Notes: generated by a model not told the origin, from the letters alone. A DNA stretch of 64,000 nt from Candidatus Methanoxibalbensis ujae (GCA_026134085.1 JAOQIN010000001.1:21344-85343); one strand, 5' to 3'; positions 40,069 through 48,720 are shown, counted from the first letter of the stretch. Program-made: numbers and translations.

Positions 40069-40727
40069 TGCCAAAAGTTAAAAGAATTAATTTTAACAAA
40101 CAGAATATCAAAGCTATAGCTTTGGACTTTGATGGAGTAATTGTTGACTCACAGGATTTACACCTCAAAGCTTGGATAGAGACTTTGAAAAAATACCGTA
40201 ATAATTTTAAAGTAAGTTTAAGAGACATTACTGGACTATCAGTGTCAGAATTTATTCAAAGACTGAATATTCCACCAGAAGAGGGAGTAAAAATGGCGGA
40301 ATCGAAAAGAAAATATGTTGTTCAACTTGCCAGAATACATCCTCCACCGTTGTATACAAATGTTATCGAAACTTTACAAATCCTATCTAACTATTATAAA
40401 CTTGCGCTTGTAACCTCATGTGAAACAGACTTAGTCTATTTTGTGTTGGAGTACTATAATTTGAAAAAATTGTTTGAGGTTCTCATCCTTGAGGGTGATT
40501 ATAATAAGCCCAAACCAGATCCGGAACCTTACTTAGAGTGTCTGAAAAGACTGGGACTAGATGCAAAATCTGTGATTGCTATAGAGGACTCTCCAACTGG
40601 AATAAAGTCAGCCAAAAAGGCAGGTCTATTTACAATAGCTATCTCTACTACATTTAATAAAACTCAGCTATTTGAGGCTGATATTATTATAACTAATTTT
40701 AAAGAGTTATTATGTTTAATCCCATAA
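40068..40727 (+). CDS. HAD-superfamily hydrolase (beta-PGM/CbbY-like)
   Basis: DFDGVIVDS, VTS, KPKPDPEPY, IEDSPTG; stop/start overlap with the TIR gene, AAGGAGG RBS. Confidence 0.92.
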   Translation: MPKVKRINFNKQNIKAIALDFDGVIVDSQDLHLKAWIETLKKYRNNFKVSLRDITGLSVSEFIQRLNIPPEEGVKMAESKRKYVVQLARIHPPPLYTNVIETLQILSNYYKLALVTSCETDLVYFVLEYYNLKKLFEVLILEGDYNKPKPDPEPYLECLKRLGLDAKSVIAIEDSPTGIKSAKKAGLFTIAISTTFNKTQLFEADIIITNFKELLCLIP

Positions 40728-40756
40728 GGCATGGAACATCCCATAAGGCATGGAAC
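40719..40756. repeat. 19-bp tandem duplication ATCCCATAAGGCATGGAAC
   Basis: Two exact copies spanning the HAD stop codon. Confidence 0.9.
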
Positions 40757-40759
40757 GGC

Positions 40760-40835
40760 AGATAACAGCGGGTATGTGGTTCGCTTACGCTCACCCAAAC
40801 CCTTACTGGCTTCGCATACCCGCAAAACGTTAGGC
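40760..40835 (+). other. attC-like site 1
   Basis: AGATAAC...GCGGGTATG/CATACCCGC stem...GTTAGGC (GTTRRRY). Confidence 0.8.
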
Positions 40836-40860
40836 GAAATGCCTTGATGGGGAGAATCTA

Positions 40861-41490
40861 ATGAAATCTTTTGTAGTTGAGCTGTGGTCGGGGATATTCA
40901 GCATACTGAGATGGATATCGCCTTTTCAGGTGATCCGTACTTTGATTCCAGCCATCAGAGGAAGTCATGGCTTTGTTGATGGATGGGTTTTAGGAAATTT
41001 ACTACTTTCAATTGTACTATTATTGATGTGTTCAGCTCCGAGTCTACATTGGTGGGAGGTTATCGCTATTTGTTATGGGATAATTCGAGTTTTCGAAGTC
41101 TTTATCTACCAAATTAACGTGCTGTTATTTGATGAGTATAGGGCAAGAAAGGCAGGAAAAGCTTATGCTCTACGAGGCTTTCGCCGCCTTGTGATCCTTC
41201 TGCTACATAATTATGCCGAGATTATTTTTTGGTTTGCTCTTTTTTATCGTAACTTAGACTGGGCGTTTGAGACGGGCAAAATCAACCTCAATTCATTTTC
41301 TGTATCTTTAAACTTTAGTTTTGTTACAATGACTACTTTTGGCTATTCTACTATCTTTCCCAAGGAAACTTTAGGGTACATTCTCACTCTTACTCAGTCA
41401 ATAATTGGTTTATTCATGGCGTTGTTGATTCTCGCAAGATTTATATCTTTAATCCCTGCCCCTCAAACCATGGATGAATTTGAGAAATGA
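40861..41490 (+). CDS. Ion-channel (Ion_trans_2 / potassium channel-like) membrane protein
   Basis: TM helices plus pore segment FSFVTMTTFGYSTIFP and following TM (QSIIGLFMALLILARF). Confidence 0.8.
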   Translation: MKSFVVELWSGIFSILRWISPFQVIRTLIPAIRGSHGFVDGWVLGNLLLSIVLLLMCSAPSLHWWEVIAICYGIIRVFEVFIYQINVLLFDEYRARKAGKAYALRGFRRLVILLLHNYAEIIFWFALFYRNLDWAFETGKINLNSFSVSLNFSFVTMTTFGYSTIFPKETLGYILTLTQSIIGLFMALLILARFISLIPAPQTMDEFEK

Positions 41491-41500
41491 TTATTATTTC

Positions 41501-41583
41501 GTCTAACAGTATCTGGCTTCGGTGCTTCGCACCTCCGCCCAAATTCCTCGCTCGGAACTTCGGATATGCCCAGAACGTTAAGT
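41501..41583 (+). other. attC-like site 2
   Basis: GTCTAAC (RYYYAAC)...TATCTG/CGGATA stem...GTTAAGT (GTTRRRY). Confidence 0.85.
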
Positions 41584-41646
41584 GAAATTCGGCTCATGCG
41601 TTAAGAATAAAATATAACTATAATAATAATTAAATAATGATATAGT

Positions 41647-41871
41647 ATGCTCGTAACATTTGAGATATACAATGATGGTGAATACTGGTGTGCAAGAGGT
41701 ATAGGAGTGGATATATTCACACAAGGAAAAACACTTGATGAGTTGATGGAGAATATAAAAGAGGCTGTTGAAGTACATTATGGAGAATTATTGGAAAAAG
41801 GTGAAGATATAAGGATATTATCAATATCAGAAATAGAGGTGCATTCAACTGCCAAAGTTACCAGTCGTTAG
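41647..41871 (+). CDS. hicB: HicB-family antitoxin
   Basis: DGEYWCA..IFTQGKTLDELMENIKEAVE. Confidence 0.88.
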   Translation: MLVTFEIYNDGEYWCARGIGVDIFTQGKTLDELMENIKEAVEVHYGELLEKGEDIRILSISEIEVHSTAKVTSR

Positions 41872-42097
41872 TGGGGATAAACTAATCAAACTATTGACCA
41901 GATTGGGATACGAAATAGTAAGACAGAAAGGGAGCCACGTGCGTTTAAGAAAGAAAACAGAAATAGGTGAGCATAATATAACTGTGCCCAAACACAAAGA
42001 AATTGCAAAAGGTACACTAAATGATATTCTATCAAAGGTGTCTCTATGGAACAACATATCCAAAGAGGAATTAGTCAAAATGTTATCAAAAATATGA
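41849..42097 (+). CDS. hicA: HicA-family toxin (probable CTG start)
   Basis: (M)PKLPVVSGDKLIKLLTRLGYEIVRQKGSHVRL..TVPKH..KGTL. Confidence 0.88.
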   Translation: MPKLPVVSGDKLIKLLTRLGYEIVRQKGSHVRLRKKTEIGEHNITVPKHKEIAKGTLNDILSKVSLWNNISKEELVKMLSKI

Positions 42098-42156
42098 GAG
42101 GTGGATATATGACGCATGAGCTCTCGTAACCCTTCGGTTTCACCCCTCTCGGGGCC

Positions 42157-42234
42157 ACTTAACAGGAGGATATGTGGCTTTTACAGAGCCTAAATTTGCT
42201 CTTGCAAGCAAACTTCACATATCCCCGGTTGTCC
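42157..42234 (+). other. attC-like site 3
   Basis: ACTTAAC...GGATATGTG/CACATATCC stem...GTTGTCC. Confidence 0.82.
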
Positions 42235-42270
42235 GAAATCCCGAACGCCGCTCTTAAGAGGTGAAATAAC

Positions 42271-42501
42271 ATGAATGATAAAATTGCACCAAATATAATA
42301 GATAATAGCCCAAATAGAGAGTTAATCAGAGTATTGAAAGATCAATTAAAAAAATCAAAAGAGGCTAAATTTGCCATAGGATATTTCTTCCTGAGTGGAT
42401 TTTCTCTTGTTAAAGATGACTTTCCAGAAAATTATGAAAAGATACCATTTCTTAAAATTGTGATGGGAAATGAAACTACATATCCAACAAAAGAGGGGTG
42501 A
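42271..42501 (+). pseudogene. N-terminal fragment of a PLD-domain/SNF2-type helicase
   Basis: NIIDN..AKFAIGYFFLSGF..LKIVMGNET resembles the start of such helicases; truncated after about 75 aa. Confidence 0.6.
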
Positions 42502-42503
42502 GA

Positions 42504-43208
42504 TGCTTGATTTTAAGGAAATAGAATCTGATTTGTTTACTGAGGTGGAGGAAGTTGAGAAGTTTATCTTTAACAATATTTCCCTGCGAGCATGGATTGA
42601 GGAAGGAAGGATTGAAAGACAGGAGAGATGGGAATATCCACCAAAGGCATTGAGAGAGGCTATAGTAAATGCAATTGTCCACAGGGATTATCGTATTCCC
42701 TCTAAGATACAGATAAGAATATTTGATGATAGAATCGAATTATAGAATCGAATTCTGGAATCTAGGAAGATTACCAGAAGGTTGGACTGTTGAAACCTTA
42801 AAAGAAGAGCATACATCGGAACCATTTAATCCACTGATTGCGAGAATTTTCTTCGGGGTAGGATATGTGGAAGAGGTTGGAACTGGAACGAATAAAATGA
42901 TAAGGTGGTGTAAAGAATGGGGTCTTCCAGAACCTGAATTTAAAATAAAATCAAACAACATAGTGGTTATATTTAGAAAATCAAAACTTACTGAGGAATA
43001 TCTAAACAATCTTGATCTTACAGAAAGAGAAAAGGAAATAATTCAATTTCTCAAAGAGAAAAAGAGGATCACCAGTGCTGATGTCCAGAAAAAGTATGAA
43101 GTAAGTAGAGATACAGCAAATAGATGGTTGAATAAGCTGCTTGGATTAAACCTAATAGAAAGAAAAGGGAGAGGGAAAGCAGTGTATTACATTTTAAAGG
43201 AAAAATGA
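42504..43208 (+). pseudogene. C-terminal part of AlbA_2/RecG-C-like ATP-binding + HTH protein, frameshifted
   Basis: YPPKALREAIVNAIVHRDY, IFDDRIEFWNLG, EEVGTG, C-terminal HTH; 13-bp duplication 42729-42754 shifts frame; N-terminus missing. Confidence 0.8.
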
Positions 43209-43229
43209 TGCGTCAGATTTGCGTCAGAT

Positions 43230-43442
43230 AACTACGACCGCTGGGCTGAGCTTTACTGGAAGAAGCAAATTGAAGGAAATTTAACAGAAGGAGAGCAAAA
43301 GGAACTTGAAAAACTGGAAAAAGAGAATATGAAAACCATAGAAGAAGTTTATAAATTACTCATAGAAGATAAAAAAATACAAAAACAAATAGAAAAAATA
43401 AAATCCCATGAATGGGTTAAAGTAATAGAGGGGGAAGGATGA
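43230..43442 (+). pseudogene. Start-less C-terminal remnant of a large protein (possibly type IIG restriction-modification enzyme)
   Basis: Open frame NYDRWAELYWKKQIEG...QIEKIKSHEWVKVIEGEG* whose stop overlaps the next ATG (ATGA). Confidence 0.45.
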
Positions 43443-43759
43443 ACGAAAAGGTAAAGAGGATATTAACAGAGGTCAAAAAGTATTTGATTAAGAACTATGG
43501 AGACAGGATAAGGCAGGTTATCCTTTATGGCTCTTATGCACGGGGAGATTACAATAAAGATTCCGATATTGATATATTGATTGTGGTGAGCGATGATATA
43601 AACCCTATTGAGGTTGAAGAATCCTTAAACGATTTACTTTTTGAAATCCTTCTTAATGAAAATGAACTTTGCTCAGTCAGGGCGATACCAGAAAAATTGT
43701 TTAAGGAATACAATTCTCCATTCCTTTTGAATGTAAAAGAAGAAGGTGTGATGATATGA
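43439..43759 (+). CDS. Minimal nucleotidyltransferase (MNT) antitoxin
   Basis: ILYGSYARGD..DSDIDILIV. Confidence 0.92.
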   Translation: MNEKVKRILTEVKKYLIKNYGDRIRQVILYGSYARGDYNKDSDIDILIVVSDDINPIEVEESLNDLLFEILLNENELCSVRAIPEKLFKEYNSPFLLNVKEEGVMI

Positions 43760-44137
43760 AAAAAGAAATAAAAGACCTTCTTGAGAAAGCTGATAGATAC
43801 TTAAGAAGTGCAGAACTATTATTAAAAGATGGCGACTTCGATTCCTGTGCATCAAGATGTTACTATGCCATGTTTTACTCAGCAGAAGCTATATTGCTTA
43901 CAAACGATTTGAAGGCATCTTCTCATGAGTAATAAGTTTATTCGGCATTTTATCAAAACAGGGAAATTGGATAAAGAATTGGGGAAGGCATTGAGAAGAG
44001 CATATGACTTAAGACAGAGGGGAGATTATGAAACCGGTTTTATGGTAACAGAGGAAGAGGCGAGAAAACTCCTGGAAATAGCAAAGAACTTTGTAAAAGT
44101 AGTCTTAGATTATTTGAGTGAGCGAACTGACTCATAG
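43756..44137 (+). pseudogene. HEPN toxin, frameshifted
   Basis: MKKEIKDLLEKA..SRCYYAMFY..SSHE* then second frame ..LRRAYDLRQRGDY; break near 43925-43950. Confidence 0.85.
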
Positions 44138-44214
44138 TAATAGAGTAGAGGGAGGAATATGAGCGGGGTTCGGGACTCTCCGCTTCCTTCGCTCGCTTCG
44201 GTGCTTTTGCACTC

Positions 44215-44293
44215 GGACAACAGGAGGATATGTGGCTTCGCCTTGCTCTGCCCAAATTTGCCTACGGCAAACTTCACATATCAAACGTTAGGC
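44215..44293 (+). other. attC-like site 4
   Basis: GGACAAC...GATATGTG/CACATATC stem...GTTAGGC; internal sequence similar to site 3. Confidence 0.82.
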
Positions 44294-44296
44294 GAC

Positions 44297-44530
44297 ATGC
44301 AGAAATAGAAAAGTAATTCAAAAAAAGAAATTAAAAAGTATACGATAACAGATAAAAAATTGTACTTTATGGCACATATGCGAGAGGAGATGCCACAAAA
44401 GACTCAGACATAGATTTACTCATCGTTCCTGAAGGAGAAGTGATCTCAGGAGAAGAGACTGACACCGGGAGAAGAGATTGACATGATGATGGACATAGTC
44501 ACAGAGATGAACCTATATGGTGTGTTACTG
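44297..44530 (+). pseudogene. Degraded second MNT gene
   Basis: Fragment KIVLYGTYARGDATKDSDIDLLIV..EIDMMMDIVTEMNL with stops and frameshifts. Confidence 0.75.
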
Positions 44531-44671
44531 TTTATCCGAATCCAGCAAAGGAGAAAAGGATGTTATGAAATTGTTATGAAATATTGCAGTATAGCTCAAT
44601 AAATTCCCGAACGGATGCCTGAAGCAGGATTATTTGCACGGGCACTTTGCCTTTTGGGAAAGGAAATATGT

Positions 44672-47600
44672 TTATTCTCTCAAAATTTCCTCATATTTCT
44701 TCTTCCAAGCCTCCACTTCCTCTTTCGTCACGACATCTATGGAACCGCCCTGAAATTCGCCTTCAACGACTCCTATTTTTTCCTCCATCCACCCCTCAAC
44801 CTCCAGAAGCGCCGCCCTCAAGCCATCAATAACATCTTCAGATGCTTTCCACAGCCCTCTTTCATATGCCTCAATCAACCTTCTGCCGATCTCTTCAAGA
44901 GCCCAGGGATTTTCACCCTCAAAAAACTTTCGCATATTCTTATCAAGAACGAAAGTGCGGGCGATTTCATCAAAGATCCAATCACTCACTTCCTCTGTTG
45001 ATGCTTCCCATCCGTAAACTCTGCCTATTCTTTTTGATATTTCGCTTGCTCCGCTGTATCCGTGCTTTTTCATACCCTCTATCCATTTGGGATTCAGCAG
45101 TTTTGCGCGCACCACTCTCCTTATCTCCGAAGCAAGTGTTCTGACCTCAACATTATCAGAGCGCGTGTCTCCGTAGAGGGCGATCACATCTTTTCCCGAA
45201 ATCTCGCGAGCAGCAGCTGTGAGACCACCATGTGTGCTGAAGTAGCAGCAGCATCCGAGAATGTCGTATTCGTCTGTTGTTGTCTTGTTGAATGTTACAG
45301 AAACCGTTTTTAGCTGCGATAAGAGAGATTTGTGAGCTTTTATACCGAATTTCCTGTCACCGTAAGCGTAGCCGTTCCAGTATATGAATATCTCTGTAAG
45401 GTCCTTCTGCGTGTTCCATGCAGATGCATATACAGCGAGATTCACACCGCTGCCATATGTTCCTGGTTTTGATGAGAATATGCGTGCATGAGTGTCTTCA
45501 CATTTGTTTTCGTTCTCAATTGCGTGTTTTCTCAGGAAATTAAGCGAAGTTGGTTCGTCAAGAGATGAAACCTCCCTGAATGCGCGGTCGAGGAGCTCAA
45601 TGCAGTTGTAGAAGCAGTCTCTTATGATTGCGCTCACACGCACAGTCACATCTATGCGCGGTCTTCCAAGAGTTTCAGCGGGAATTATCCTGAAATCAAC
45701 CACACGACCGTCAGCATCCCAGACAGGTTCAACACCTATGAGATACATTATCTGAGCGAGCTGCTCTCCATCAGCCCACATTATATCTGATGCCATCCAG
45801 TACATGGCCACATTCTCCGGAAATTCCCCCTTTTCCTCCTCATATCTGCGCAACATCGCATCAGCAAGCTTCTTGCCGACTTCCCATGCGGCCTTTGTGG
45901 GTATTTTGAACGGGTCAAGCGAGTAGAAATTGCGACCTGTCGGCAGGATATCTGTTTTTCCTTTTGTTATAAGGCCTGAGGCACCCGGCTCTATGTATCC
46001 CGCATCAAATCCGTGCATAAGAGCACCCATTTCGTCTGTCGCATCCAATCTCGCTGCTATCTCCCTCACAGCATCTCTCAGCTCGGAGAACTCCGCTTCC
46101 ATGCTCTTTGCCGCGATTTTGAGAGCCTCATCCTCATGCTCCTCGCAGTCCTCGCAGGAGCGCAACGCAGCGGTGTCACCATCATCGCTCAAAAATCCGT
46201 GCAGGATTTTTCTTGCTGTGCTGTCAATGAACGCGTTGCTGTCACGATGCTCCTCTGACGCCTGCGCATTCATTTTTGCATTTGCCTTCACATTTACACG
46301 CTGAAGAAGTTTGCGCACGGCTTCTCTGAATTTCTGTCGCAGTACGGCGTATATGAAGTTCTCTTTCTGCGCTCCTTCAGGAGTCTCGCCGAACACATGC
46401 ATGCCTTCAGGAATCTGCGAGTCGTATATCTGAGACAAAGCCTCATGAACAGCATTCAGAAAATCATTGAAATCCTCATATACACGGATTTCATCGTATA
46501 TGCGGGTATTGCGGATCATATCCATGATCTGATTTCGCAGCGCATGAGCTCTCTCGGTGTTCTTTTGATTTTGAATTCTGCGATATTCATCTATTAAATC
46601 ATCAAGCGCTTTGAGATCCCCATACAAGCCGCTTTCAGTGAGAACAGCCTGAAGATGGTCTATGAGTGTTGCATAGCTGCGTCTCTTTGCTATTGTGCCT
46701 TCGGGAGGGTTGTCCGCGTTGTAGATGTAGAGATGAGGGACATCACCTATTGCGATATCGGGAAAACAGCACTCTGATAGGCCCACAGATTTTCCGGGAA
46801 GAAATTCAAGATTTCCATGCGTGCCAACATGCACAATCACATCAGCGCCGAATATGCGATCAATGTAATGATAGGTGGCGAGATACTGATGCGTCGGTGG
46901 TGTTTCCGGGTCATGAAGGATTTTGCACACATGCCCATCGCATCTCGCACCGGCACATCCTCTCTTTGGCTGCACGCACACGATTGCATTTCCATATCTG
47001 ATGCCTGTTATCACTATTTTTCCGTCATACACCATGGCATTACCCGGCGGCCTTCCCCAGACATCGCATACTTTCTTCCGCACCTCTTCATCCAAACTGT
47101 TGAACCAGCGCTCATATTCCTCACCGCTCAGATACAGTGCGCCTCCTTTTGCAACAATCTCATCCACAGTTGTCCATCTGAACTCTGATATTGCTTTTCT
47201 CCGCATTATCTCATCAATCAACGCCTTTCCATCCTCAGGCGGTTCTTCAATCGCATAACCCTCATCACGCAATCTTTTGAGAATGCGAGATACGCTCTCA
47301 AGCGCGTCCAGATGAGATGCGCTTCCCACAGTCGCCTCAACAGATGCACATGGCTTGTTATGCAGTATGAACGCAACCTTTCGCTCTGATTTGGGCTTCA
47401 TGCGAAGCGCTATCCACTTATTCACTCGCCGCACAACCTTCCTCACACGCTCCTCCAGAGGCACATGCTCAGTTGCTGCTGTCGCCGACTGTGCGGACGA
47501 TGAAGCTTTCACACCTGCGACGAGAGGCTCTATAAGACCTTCAAACTCCGGCATAGCGACACTCCATCCGACCTCGGCAGCGCTGAGACCGTGAGAATCG

Positions 47601-48436
47601 CCACGCCAATCACTCTCAGTTTTGTGATAAAGGATCAGCGGATGAAACACGGGCACATCAACCTTCTTCAGAGTGCTCACTCCATTTTCGGATGCAGCAA
47701 AAACAGGCTGTAAATTCACGATCGCATCAACATGGCCCATGAAAAACTCTCTTATGACATCCACACCCGTCTTCGCACCAGCATCTCTGTCTCCCATTCC
47801 CATGCTGAACACAGGAATCACACCGGTTCCGCTGCGCTCAAACTCGCGTATCAGTGCATCAACCACAGAAAGATCTCCGTTCAACCAGTATGTGCGATAG
47901 AAAAGTATGCCAACCATCGGACGACGATCATGACTCCCGAAATGCTGAAGATCATACCACTTCAGATAAGAAGCAACATCATCAAACACGCACTCCGCAT
48001 CTGGATGATAAATGCCCTGCCACGGATATTCCTTTGGAGGCTCGTACGGGACTTCAGCGCCTGTAAGCGTGTGCATTATGAACTTCAGCATGTTGACAAC
48101 ATTCTCATAGCCGCCGTATGTGAAATACGCGTTCGCCCTCAAAACAACTTCAGGCGGAACATTTGAGAGAGACATGTCCAAATTGTATCCAAGCGATATC
48201 ACAGGCTTATCTTTCCTCGGAAAATCACCCATCCATTCATGCTCACTCATCCATTCATGCGAGGGATGCAATATGATTATGTCGGCATCCTCAAGCGATT
48301 TCAGACATTCATCACGCCTCCCGGCATCCTTCAGATCATCATGCGTCCATAAAAGCAGATCAATCCCCAGATCCTCACATGCCCTCCTGAGAAGTCCCAC
48401 ATCACTGCTCCACACAACAGATCCTATCTTAACCAT
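44672..48436 (-). CDS. cobN: CobN/magnesium chelatase family subunit
   Basis: HVGTHGNLEFLPGK, EGTIAKRR, LPTGRNFY, RPRIDV, LNPKWIEGMKKHGY. Confidence 0.93.
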   Translation of the reverse strand: MVKIGSVVWSSDVGLLRRACEDLGIDLLLWTHDDLKDAGRRDECLKSLEDADIIILHPSHEWMSEHEWMGDFPRKDKPVISLGYNLDMSLSNVPPEVVLRANAYFTYGGYENVVNMLKFIMHTLTGAEVPYEPPKEYPWQGIYHPDAECVFDDVASYLKWYDLQHFGSHDRRPMVGILFYRTYWLNGDLSVVDALIREFERSGTGVIPVFSMGMGDRDAGAKTGVDVIREFFMGHVDAIVNLQPVFAASENGVSTLKKVDVPVFHPLILYHKTESDWRGDSHGLSAAEVGWSVAMPEFEGLIEPLVAGVKASSSAQSATAATEHVPLEERVRKVVRRVNKWIALRMKPKSERKVAFILHNKPCASVEATVGSASHLDALESVSRILKRLRDEGYAIEEPPEDGKALIDEIMRRKAISEFRWTTVDEIVAKGGALYLSGEEYERWFNSLDEEVRKKVCDVWGRPPGNAMVYDGKIVITGIRYGNAIVCVQPKRGCAGARCDGHVCKILHDPETPPTHQYLATYHYIDRIFGADVIVHVGTHGNLEFLPGKSVGLSECCFPDIAIGDVPHLYIYNADNPPEGTIAKRRSYATLIDHLQAVLTESGLYGDLKALDDLIDEYRRIQNQKNTERAHALRNQIMDMIRNTRIYDEIRVYEDFNDFLNAVHEALSQIYDSQIPEGMHVFGETPEGAQKENFIYAVLRQKFREAVRKLLQRVNVKANAKMNAQASEEHRDSNAFIDSTARKILHGFLSDDGDTAALRSCEDCEEHEDEALKIAAKSMEAEFSELRDAVREIAARLDATDEMGALMHGFDAGYIEPGASGLITKGKTDILPTGRNFYSLDPFKIPTKAAWEVGKKLADAMLRRYEEEKGEFPENVAMYWMASDIMWADGEQLAQIMYLIGVEPVWDADGRVVDFRIIPAETLGRPRIDVTVRVSAIIRDCFYNCIELLDRAFREVSSLDEPTSLNFLRKHAIENENKCEDTHARIFSSKPGTYGSGVNLAVYASAWNTQKDLTEIFIYWNGYAYGDRKFGIKAHKSLLSQLKTVSVTFNKTTTDEYDILGCCCYFSTHGGLTAAAREISGKDVIALYGDTRSDNVEVRTLASEIRRVVRAKLLNPKWIEGMKKHGYSGASEISKRIGRVYGWEASTEEVSDWIFDEIARTFVLDKNMRKFFEGENPWALEEIGRRLIEAYERGLWKASEDVIDGLRAALLEVEGWMEEKIGVVEGEFQGGSIDVVTKEEVEAWKKKYEEILRE

Positions 48437-48720
48437 GACGCACACCTCCTGACAAATCAGACAGTCACTCTCTGCTCCAAGCAGCGCCCCGCTCTTCCGC
48501 TTTCACATCCCCTCTTTTATCCCTTCTTATTATTTTCAAATCTTTATCACATTTTATTCAAAAATATCATATTTTGATGTTGATGCCCGGGCGAGGGGAC
48601 GTTTTGGGCGTCCCCCACTTCTTTTTATTTTTTATAATTAAAATAAAATTTTTATAACATAGACAAACATTTATATCTGCGAAAATTATATATAATAGAA
48701 GTTGAGAATATTGTGATGAG

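Larger units (their letters stand above)
38705..44600 (+). mobile_element. Integron-like gene cassette array lacking a local integrase (CALIN)
   Basis: AT-rich, co-oriented ORFs separated by four attC-like sites; cassette starts complementary to their own ends. Confidence 0.82.

Noticed and set aside
40760-44293. Intergenic palindromes as simple terminators or CRISPR repeats
   Set aside because: No U-tract, not identical, separated by whole genes, and they carry AAC/GTT cores with cross-cassette complementarity.
44615-48452. Many plus-strand ORFs antisense to cobN (and similar shadows of aor, pan, aglB)
   Set aside because: Typical antisense shadow ORFs of long genes; no independent motifs.
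48595-48615. Cobalamin riboswitch upstream of cobN
   Set aside because: Only a single GGGGACG/CGTCCCC hairpin; no B12-box or conserved core visible.
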